From: Pseudomonadota bacterium
GTDB lineage: Bacteria > Pseudomonadota > Alphaproteobacteria > Sphingomonadales > Sphingomonadaceae
Assembly: GCA_023390415.1 (NCBI GenBank)
Contig: JAEWCW010000212.1
Coordinates: forward strand, 13,751-77,750
Length of the DNA stretch: 64,000 bases
Reading direction: 5' to 3'
The first letter of the stretch is position 1. Each line of letters starts with the position of its first letter. This document shows, one piece after another, positions 57,389-64,000 of this stretch. The notes below the pieces were generated by a model. That model searched no databases and had not been told where the DNA came from. It worked only from the letters and a program-made list of their open reading frames with translations. A program made the translations under genes and the position numbers.

Positions 57389-57955
57389 TTGTACCATCCC
57401 GATCTTCTCCGGCATCCCGACAGCTGCCCTGCGCTTGTGCTCAACGCGGACTACACGCCCTTGAGCTATTATCCGCTCAGCCTGTGGCCCTGGCAGACAG
57501 CGGTCAAGGCGGTCTTCCTCGAGCGCGTCGACATCGTCGCCACCTACGAGCGGGAGGTGCACAGCCCGACTCGAGCGATGCATCTGCCGTCGGTGATCGC
57601 GCTCCGCCAATATGTGCGGCCGAGCGAATATCCGGCCTTCACCCGGTTCAACCTGTTCCTGCGCGACAAGTTCGCCTGCCAATATTGCGGCGACGCGCGC
57701 GAGCTGACCTTCGACCATGTCGTTCCGCGCGCCCAAGGCGGCCGGACGAGCTGGGAGAATGTCACCACCGCCTGCGCGCCCTGCAATCTGAGGAAAGGCG
57801 GGCGGACCCCCGCCCAGGCGCATATGCATCTCCACCGCCGCCCGCACCGGCCGACCAACTGGCAGCTCCAGGAACATGGCCGGAGCTTCCCACCCAATTA
57901 CCTCCACCAGACTTGGCGGGATTATCTCTACTGGGACGTCGAGCTGGAGGCCTAG
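57389..57955 (+). CDS. HNH endonuclease (McrA-like)
   Basis: TTG start after GGGAG; ALVLNADY.PL, RD.F.CQYCG, TFDHVVPR..GG..WEN..TAC..CN..K. Confidence 0.9.
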   Translation: MYHPDLLRHPDSCPALVLNADYTPLSYYPLSLWPWQTAVKAVFLERVDIVATYEREVHSPTRAMHLPSVIALRQYVRPSEYPAFTRFNLFLRDKFACQYCGDARELTFDHVVPRAQGGRTSWENVTTACAPCNLRKGGRTPAQAHMHLHRRPHRPTNWQLQEHGRSFPPNYLHQTWRDYLYWDVELEA

Positions 57956-57962
57956 CTGTGCG

Positions 57963-59195
57963 TCACTGGGGACAATCGTAGCCGCCAGCTTCGATGATCG
58001 CTTGGCAACGCATCAGTCGGTTGTACTTCTGCTCGACCTCGAGCTCCTGCGTCCGCAGCTGCTGCTGACGCATCTCGGAGGTGGCGTTGTGATAGCCCAG
58101 AAGGGAATCCCCCACCCCGGCGATCGCCGCTGTCACCGCTTCGCCACCAGCTTCGCTGTTGATAGCCATGCTGGTGCGCCGACCAAATTGGTCCAACTCG
58201 ACCTTGAACGAACGGCTGCGAAACAGGCCGGCATGCAAACGATAGTAAGAAATCCCCGCCCACTGGCCGATCGGGAGCGACGTGCGTGTGGATCCGTTGA
58301 TCGCAGAGCCCGCCCACACAGAGCCAGCGGGCTGTTGGATGGTCACAACCGCAGGAGCGGGTTCGCGCATGGCGATAAACGGACCGCGTGGCGCGGGCGC
58401 ATTCGAGAAGTCATTGCTCAGGCCTGGGGCACGCTCGAAAGCCAGCGGCAGCCTAAAGGCCGACAGAAGTGTCGGGTTGATGTTACTGAACCACTTCGAG
58501 AGATCCTCCGGCACGAACTCGATCGAGCTCGTGTTGCCTGGCGCCGGCGGCTGGACCGTACGGGTGAGATTGATGCGCAGCTCATTCGCCTCCAGATCGA
58601 CGATATGTCCGGCAAGCACCGTGATTGCGCCGCGAAGTTCGGTGATCTGCGCCGGAGTGGTGGAATTCTGGAGCTCCCGCCGGAGCTGCGCCATACGCTG
58701 ACGAAGCCGAGTGCGCTCCGCAACCGCGGCCCCAGTACGGCTGTTGCAGCTCGGCGTGTCAGGCTGCGAAGGAATGTCCACCATCGCCTCGAATCCCAGG
58801 ACCGGGATGCCCAACCCTGCGGCAGTTGTCCCAATCCTGATGATATTGCCCAATATCGCTCCGGTTCGATCCGAGACAGCACTGCCGATCGATTTTACCG
58901 TTCCGTTGTCATAGAGGCTGATTGACAGCTCCCGCCGCTGCAAAAAGGATCTGAGGTCGTTGCCCGAGATGCGGAACCGACGCCCCGGAACCGCCACCGG
59001 GGTGAGCGTCATCGTCGGACGGACCGTCGGCACGGCTTGAAGCGCGGTCGGACAAGTCTCCAAGACCATATCCAGGCCGACGCGAAGGTTCGTGTCGGCG
59101 AGGGCGTATTCGATCGAATCGGCTGGAGGCGACGCAAGGGCTTCAGACGATGTGAATGTTGCCGAGATCAGCAATAAGAAGGATCCGCCTTTCAT
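57963..59195 (-). CDS. Exported hypothetical protein (410 aa) with two coiled-coil segments
   Basis: Signal-like N-terminus MKGGSFLLLISATF..ALA; fills the gap between HNH and CorA genes; visibly lower GC than its flanks. Confidence 0.7.
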   Translation of the reverse strand: MKGGSFLLLISATFTSSEALASPPADSIEYALADTNLRVGLDMVLETCPTALQAVPTVRPTMTLTPVAVPGRRFRISGNDLRSFLQRRELSISLYDNGTVKSIGSAVSDRTGAILGNIIRIGTTAAGLGIPVLGFEAMVDIPSQPDTPSCNSRTGAAVAERTRLRQRMAQLRRELQNSTTPAQITELRGAITVLAGHIVDLEANELRINLTRTVQPPAPGNTSSIEFVPEDLSKWFSNINPTLLSAFRLPLAFERAPGLSNDFSNAPAPRGPFIAMREPAPAVVTIQQPAGSVWAGSAINGSTRTSLPIGQWAGISYYRLHAGLFRSRSFKVELDQFGRRTSMAINSEAGGEAVTAAIAGVGDSLLGYHNATSEMRQQQLRTQELEVEQKYNRLMRCQAIIEAGGYDCPQ

Positions 59196-59325
59196 AGCGC
59201 CCCCAAAAGTCGCACGATTGAAGCGCGGAAGGCTCGCTCTCCTGGAGGCGAGAGTCGAGCAGAGACCGCTCCGTTTTGGTGCAATAGTTCTTATTCGAAT
59301 CGGGCGGGTAGCGCCTTGGCCTGCC

Positions 59326-60279
59326 CTAGCGCCGGAACCAGCGCTCGCGCAGGAACCAGGCGAAGACCGCAAGCCCGACCAGGACGCAGAAGCCGACCAC
59401 GCCCCAGAAGGCCCAAGGCTCGTCGGCAAAGGGAATCCCTTCGACGTTCATGCCGAGCAGGCCGGTGATGAAGGTCAGCGGAAGGAAGATGAAGGCGACG
59501 ATCGAGATCAGCAAAGCGCGCTGATCGAGCTGCTCTGCGCGGAGGTCCGAAAGCTGCTCGTGGAGCAGGGCCGCGCGCTCGCGGACCGCCTCGAGCTCCT
59601 CCGCCATGCGCGCGAAGCGGTCGGCGGCCTCGCCGATATGGAGCCGGTCGTCCTGGTGGAGCCAGTCGAAGTCGAGCCGAGCGAGCTCGAGCAAGGCGTC
59701 GCGGTTCGGTGCGACGAAGCGGCGGAAGGCGATCGCCTCCGACCGGATGCGCGCGATCTCGGTGCGCAGCCGATAGAGATTGCCGTCGTCGAGCTCGCTT
59801 TCGCAGCCGTCGAGCCGGTCGCCCAATGCCGCCACCTGCGGATCGAGCGCGCGGCTGATCTCGCGGGCGTAGGCCGAGACGAGATCACCGGAATCCCTGA
59901 CCTTGCCGGCCGCGGCGAATTCGAAGACCGAGGTCGTCGCGTGCATCGGCCGGCGGCTGAGCGAGATCAAACGGTCCCGCCGCACCCACATTCTGATCGA
60001 GACCAGCCGATCCGAATCGGCAGGGTCGAGCTCCCCTGGACCGCGCAAGTTGACCAGGGCGCCGTCGCCGATCTGGTCGCAGCGCGGACGAGTCTCGGTC
60101 GCGACCAGGGCCGCGGCGGCGATGTCCGGAATATCGTCCGTCTGCCGGAGGATCGCGAGATCGGGCGGATCGCCCCCTTCGAGGTGGATCCAGAGAAAGC
60201 CTTCGCCCTGGTGTCGCGCCGCCTCCTCGACCGACAGGCGCCGCGGCCCGCCATTCTCGACGAGGACGGCGCCTTCCAT
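59326..60279 (-). CDS. CorA/ZntB family divalent cation transporter
   Basis: ETRPR, VNLRG, VSIRMW, IFLPLTFITGLLGMNV.GIP; two C-terminal TM helices. Confidence 0.92.
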   Translation of the reverse strand: MEGAVLVENGGPRRLSVEEAARHQGEGFLWIHLEGGDPPDLAILRQTDDIPDIAAAALVATETRPRCDQIGDGALVNLRGPGELDPADSDRLVSIRMWVRRDRLISLSRRPMHATTSVFEFAAAGKVRDSGDLVSAYAREISRALDPQVAALGDRLDGCESELDDGNLYRLRTEIARIRSEAIAFRRFVAPNRDALLELARLDFDWLHQDDRLHIGEAADRFARMAEELEAVRERAALLHEQLSDLRAEQLDQRALLISIVAFIFLPLTFITGLLGMNVEGIPFADEPWAFWGVVGFCVLVGLAVFAWFLRERWFRR

Positions 60280-61136
60280 CAGAGCTCCGCGAGGAAGGCG
60301 CGCACCGCCGGTGCGACGTCCTCCCGCTTGAGCGCGAGGGCGAGGTTGGCGAGGACGAAGCCGGTCTTGTCGCCGCAATCGTGGCGCTCGCCGTCGAACG
60401 TGACGCCGTGGAAGGGCTGGGTGCCGATCAGCCGCGCCATCGCGTCGGTGAGCTGGATCTCGCCGCCGGCGCCCCGCTCCTGCCGGCCGAGCAGGTCCAT
60501 GATCTCGGGCTGGAGGATGTAGCGGCCGACCACGGCGAGGGTGGACGGCGCCTCCTCCGGGCTGGGCTTCTCGACGAGGCCCTTCACCTCGGTCAGCCGG
60601 CCGTCGCGGGCGCCGGGCGAGACGATTCCGTAGCTCGCGGTGCGCTCGCGCGGCACCTCCTGGACGCAGATGATGTTGCCGCCGACCTTTTGATAAGCCT
60701 CGACCATCTGGGCGACGCAGCCGGGCGTTCCGACCATCAAATCGTCCGGGAGAAGCACCGCGAAGGGCTCGTCGCCGATCAGGTCGCGCGCGCACCAGAC
60801 GGCATGGCCGAGGCCGAGCGGCTCCTGCTGGCGGACCGACTTCAGCGCGCCGTGCGGGAGCCGGGTGATGTCGAGCGGCTCGAGCGACTTGCCGCGCGCC
60901 TTCATGGTCGCTTCGAGCTCGTAGGCGATGTCGAAATGGTCCTCGAGCGCGCCCTTGCCGCGGCCCGTGACGAAGATCATCTGCTCGATCCCCGCTTCCC
61001 GGGCTTCGTCGACAGCGTACTGGATGAGCGGCCGGTCGACGACGGTGAGCATCTCCTTGGGGATCGCCTTGGTGGCGGGGAGGAAGCGTGTGCCGAGGCC
61101 GGCGACCGGAAAGACTGCCTTGCGGACGGGTTTCAT
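60279..61136 (-). CDS. galU: UTP-glucose-1-phosphate uridylyltransferase
   Basis: KAVFPVAGLGTRFLPATKAIPKEML, RQQEPLGLGHAV, VEKP, GEIQLTDA. Confidence 0.96.
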   Translation of the reverse strand: MKPVRKAVFPVAGLGTRFLPATKAIPKEMLTVVDRPLIQYAVDEAREAGIEQMIFVTGRGKGALEDHFDIAYELEATMKARGKSLEPLDITRLPHGALKSVRQQEPLGLGHAVWCARDLIGDEPFAVLLPDDLMVGTPGCVAQMVEAYQKVGGNIICVQEVPRERTASYGIVSPGARDGRLTEVKGLVEKPSPEEAPSTLAVVGRYILQPEIMDLLGRQERGAGGEIQLTDAMARLIGTQPFHGVTFDGERHDCGDKTGFVLANLALALKREDVAPAVRAFLAEL

Positions 61137-61179
61137 TCTCGCTCCGAATATGAAGGTCCGAGACGGGCCGGACGGCGCG

Positions 61180-61416
61180 TCATTGCGGCGGCAGGTCGAA
61201 CCGGTCCTCCTCGCGCTCCTCGGAGCGCGTGATCAGCTCGTCGACCCGTGCCGGCCGTGTAATGGGCGGCGGCTCCAACAGTTCCTCGGCGGAAGCGGGG
61301 CGGGTCGCGGTCTCGGCCTGGACCGGGAGCGCCTCGCCCGGCGGCGGCTCGAGCGGGGTCTGGACTCCGCAGGCGCCGAGCGCGGGCAGAAGAGCGGATG
61401 CGATCCAGGCCCTCAT
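61180..61416 (-). CDS. Small lipoprotein
   Basis: Lipobox LGAC-G; ATGA overlap with the argH stop; ends [13 protein letters not shown]. Confidence 0.7.
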   Translation of the reverse strand: MRAWIASALLPALGACGVQTPLEPPPGEALPVQAETATRPASAEELLEPPPITRPARVDELITRSEEREEDRFDLPPQ

Positions 61417-62789
61417 TCGGTCATCCCCAGCGCCTTCTTCGCCGCCTCGACCTTGCGCCGCACCGCCTGCGGGGCGGTGCCGCCGAAGCTCGTCCTGCTC
61501 TTTACCGAAGCGTCGATCGTGAGGACATCGAAAATGCGCCCGTCGATTCGCGGGTCGATCGCCTTGAGGTCGGCGATATCGAGCTCCCAGAGCTTCACCC
61601 CCTTCTCGTCCGCGGCGCGGACGGCGCGGCCGGTGATGTGATGGGCCTCGCGGAACGGCACGCCGGCCTCGCGCACCAGCCAGTCGGCGAGATCGGTTGC
61701 GGTGGCGTGGCCGGCCTCGAGCGCGGCGCGCATGCGCTCGGGAACGAAGGTCAGGGTCTCGATCATGCCGGTCATCGCCGCGATCGACAGCGCAAGCAGG
61801 TCCTGCGCCTCGAAGACCGGCGGCTTATCGTCCTGCATGTCCTTCGAGTATGCGAGCGGAAGGCCCTTCATCGTCACGACCAAAGCGGTCATCGCGCCGA
61901 CGATCCGCCCGGCATGGCCGCGGACCAGCTCGGCCGCGTCGGGGTTGCGCTTCTGCGGCATGATCGACGAGCCGGTCGAATAAGCGTCGGGAAGCTGGAC
62001 GAAGCCGAAGGGCTGGCTCGCCCAGATCACGATCTCTTCGGCGAGGCGGGAGAGGTGGAGCGCCGTCTGAGTGGCGGCCATCAGGAAATCGAGCGCGAAA
62101 TCGCGGTCCGAGACCGAGTCGATCGAATTGGCGGTCGGCCGGTCGAAACCGAGCGCGAGCGCCGTCGCCTCGCGGTCGAGCGGGAAGCCGGTGCCGGCGA
62201 GGGCGGCGGCGCCGAGCGGGCTCTCGTTCATCCGCTTGCGGGCGTCGGCGAAGCGCGAGCGGTCGCGCCGGAACATCTCGTAATAGGCCATCAGATGGTG
62301 GCCGAGGGTCACCGGCTGGGCGACCTGAAGGTGGGTGAAGCCGGGCATCACCGTCGCCGCATGCTCTTCCGCGCGGGTGACGAGCGCGCGCTGGAACGCC
62401 TCCAGCCCGGCGAGATCGTCGTCGATCGCATCGCGCACCCAAAGGCGGAAGTCGGTCGCGACCTGGTCGTTGCGAGAGCGGGCGGTGTGGAGCCGGCCGG
62501 CTGCCGGGCCGATCAGCTCGGCGAGGCGGCTCTCGACATGCATGTGGATGTCCTCGAGCGCGGGATCCTCGGGAACCCCGGACGCCTCATATTCCTCCTC
62601 GATCCGCTCCAGCCCCTCGCAGATCGAATCGGCATCCTCGGCCGGGACGATGCTTTTGGTGGCGAGCATGGAGACATGGGCGCGGCTCGCCTCGAGATCC
62701 TGGCGCCACATCCGCTTGTCGAAGCCGATCGAGGCATTTATCTCGCGCATCAGCGCCGAGGGCCCCTCGGCGAAGCGCCCGCCCCACAT
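61413..62789 (-). CDS. argH: Argininosuccinate lyase
   Basis: [51 protein letters not shown]. Confidence 0.96.
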   Translation of the reverse strand: MWGGRFAEGPSALMREINASIGFDKRMWRQDLEASRAHVSMLATKSIVPAEDADSICEGLERIEEEYEASGVPEDPALEDIHMHVESRLAELIGPAAGRLHTARSRNDQVATDFRLWVRDAIDDDLAGLEAFQRALVTRAEEHAATVMPGFTHLQVAQPVTLGHHLMAYYEMFRRDRSRFADARKRMNESPLGAAALAGTGFPLDREATALALGFDRPTANSIDSVSDRDFALDFLMAATQTALHLSRLAEEIVIWASQPFGFVQLPDAYSTGSSIMPQKRNPDAAELVRGHAGRIVGAMTALVVTMKGLPLAYSKDMQDDKPPVFEAQDLLALSIAAMTGMIETLTFVPERMRAALEAGHATATDLADWLVREAGVPFREAHHITGRAVRAADEKGVKLWELDIADLKAIDPRIDGRIFDVLTIDASVKSRTSFGGTAPQAVRRKVEAAKKALGMTE

Positions 62790-62805
62790 CGTGCTGGAGT
62801 TGCCG

Positions 62806-63390
62806 TTGCGGCCCGAAATCGTCTCTCTCCTCGTCGCTGCCGCGGCCCTGACCCTCGTCGGCTGCGATAGGCAAAGCGCGCCCGAGCCGCAAGGCAACGC
62901 CGCCGCGCCCGCCCCGGCCGCAGGCAACGGGAGCGCGACCTACCCGACCGGCCGGCTCGACCGCAGCCATGCGGGCAGCGCCGCCCCGAGCGTCGAGTTC
63001 CGCGATCCGGATGGCGAGGTCGCGACCATCGCCGACTTCCGCGGCAAGCCCTTGCTGGTCAACCTGTGGGCGACATGGTGCGCGCCCTGCGTCGTCGAAA
63101 TGCCGTCACTCGACCGGCTCGCCGTGCGCGAGGGCGCTCGGCTGCAGGTGCTCGCGCTCAGCCAGGACATCGAAGGCCGGGAGGCGGTCGCCCGCTTCTT
63201 CGAGGAGCGGTCCTTACGCAACCTCGAGCCCTATCTGGACGACCAGATGGCGTTCATGACGTCGCTCCGCATCGGCACGCTGCCCACCACCATCCTCTAC
63301 GACGCGCAAGGACGCGAAGTCTGGCGGATGACCGGCATGGCGGATTGGGAGAGCGCGCGGATCCAGGGACTCCTGCGCGAGGCGGACTGA
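62806..63390 (+). CDS. TlpA-family thiol-disulfide oxidoreductase lipoprotein
   Basis: GGAG SD before TTG 62806; lipobox [27 protein letters not shown]. Confidence 0.9.
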   Translation: MRPEIVSLLVAAAALTLVGCDRQSAPEPQGNAAAPAPAAGNGSATYPTGRLDRSHAGSAAPSVEFRDPDGEVATIADFRGKPLLVNLWATWCAPCVVEMPSLDRLAVREGARLQVLALSQDIEGREAVARFFEERSLRNLEPYLDDQMAFMTSLRIGTLPTTILYDAQGREVWRMTGMADWESARIQGLLREAD

Positions 63391-63394
63391 TCGG

Positions 63395-63521
63395 GCGAGA
63401 CCGTCATCCCGGCGAAGGCCGGGATCTCGGGACGAGAAGTCTCTGGGCTCAATGCAGCGCTGCACAGCGGCAGAGCCTACTCCCGCCGAGATGCCAGCCT
63501 TCGCTGGCATGACGGTCTCGC
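63395..63521. repeat. REP/BIME-like inverted pair of palindromic units
   Basis: GCGAGACCGTCATCCCGGCGAAGGCCGGGATCTCGG (63395-63430) and an inverted near-copy CCGAGATGCCAGCCTTCGCTGGCATGACGGTCTCGC (63486-63521) around a spacer, between convergent genes. Confidence 0.82.
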
Positions 63522-64000
63522 TCAGTCCCTGAGCAGCTCGTTGATTCCGGTCTTGCTGCGAGTCTTCGCGTCCACGCGCTTGACGATGACGGCGCAGGCA
63601 AGGCTGGGGCCGCCGTCCTTGCCGGGCAGGGTGCCGGGGACGACCACCGAATAAGCGGGTACCCGGCCGTAGATCACCTCGCCGGTCGCGCGGTCGACGA
63701 TCTTGGTCGAGGCGCCGATGAAGACGCCCATCGAGATCACGGCGCCCTGCTCGACCACCACGCCCTCGGCGACCTCGGAGCGGGCGCCGATGAAGCAATC
63801 GTCCTCGATGATGACAGGGCCGGCCTGCAAGGGCTCGAGCACGCCGCCGATCCCGGTGCCGCCTGAAATATGGACGTTGCGGCCGATCTGCGCGCAGGAG
63901 CCGACTGTCGCCCAGGTATCGACCATCGTCCCCTCGCCGACAAAAGCGCCGATGTTGACGAAGCTCGGCATCAGCACGGCGTTGCCGGCGACGAAGGCGC
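63522..64000 (-). CDS. dapD: Tetrahydrodipicolinate N-succinyltransferase, 3' part (runs off the window end)
   Basis: [53 protein letters not shown]. Confidence 0.96.
   Translation of the reverse strand, partial: AFVAGNAVLMPSFVNIGAFVGEGTMVDTWATVGSCAQIGRNVHISGGTGIGGVLEPLQAGPVIIEDDCFIGARSEVAEGVVVEQGAVISMGVFIGASTKIVDRATGEVIYGRVPAYSVVVPGTLPGKDGGPSLACAVIVKRVDAKTRSKTGINELLRD

Noticed and set aside
57389..57955. HNH as Cas9/IscB or a restriction system
   Set aside because: Only 188 aa, no RuvC motifs, and no array, methylase or transposon ends nearby.

Overview
GC-rich alphaproteobacterial chromosome segment. Gene content and protein style suggest Sphingomonadaceae, which is inference only. About 1-24.2 kb is a minus-strand Wzx/Wzy-type surface-polysaccharide locus: flippase, glycosyltransferases, an amidotransferase/HisH/HisF triad, a formyltransferase, two oxidoreductases, two acyltransferases, a PglA/C/D/E/F-like initiating-sugar set, Wzy-like and O-antigen-ligase-like proteins, wzc and wza. 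Satellite sugar genes run to about 32.5 kb. The rest is mostly housekeeping (kynA, spoT, ogt, rpoZ, dnaN, rlmN, HWE kinase, two cfa paralogues, folD, egtBD, gluQ, galU, argH, dapD), plus a four-gene membrane glycosylation island at 46.2-51.5 kb. The strongest unexpected signal is an unannotated 35-codon leader peptide with a YYYVY cluster and a mutually exclusive antiterminator/terminator directly upstream of phenylalanine hydroxylase (phhA), which looks like a tyrosine-sensing attenuator. Other candidates: an STT3/AglB-like oligosaccharyltransferase with WWD replaced by FVD; a small LRGG-containing membrane peptide flanked by two predicted exported proteases; probable non-AUG starts for ogt and argH; and a twin operator between an HxlR regulator and a small Cys-rich exported protein. 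No rRNA, tRNA, CRISPR array or transposase was recognised. All calls come from reading the sequence and recalling motifs; no searches were run.
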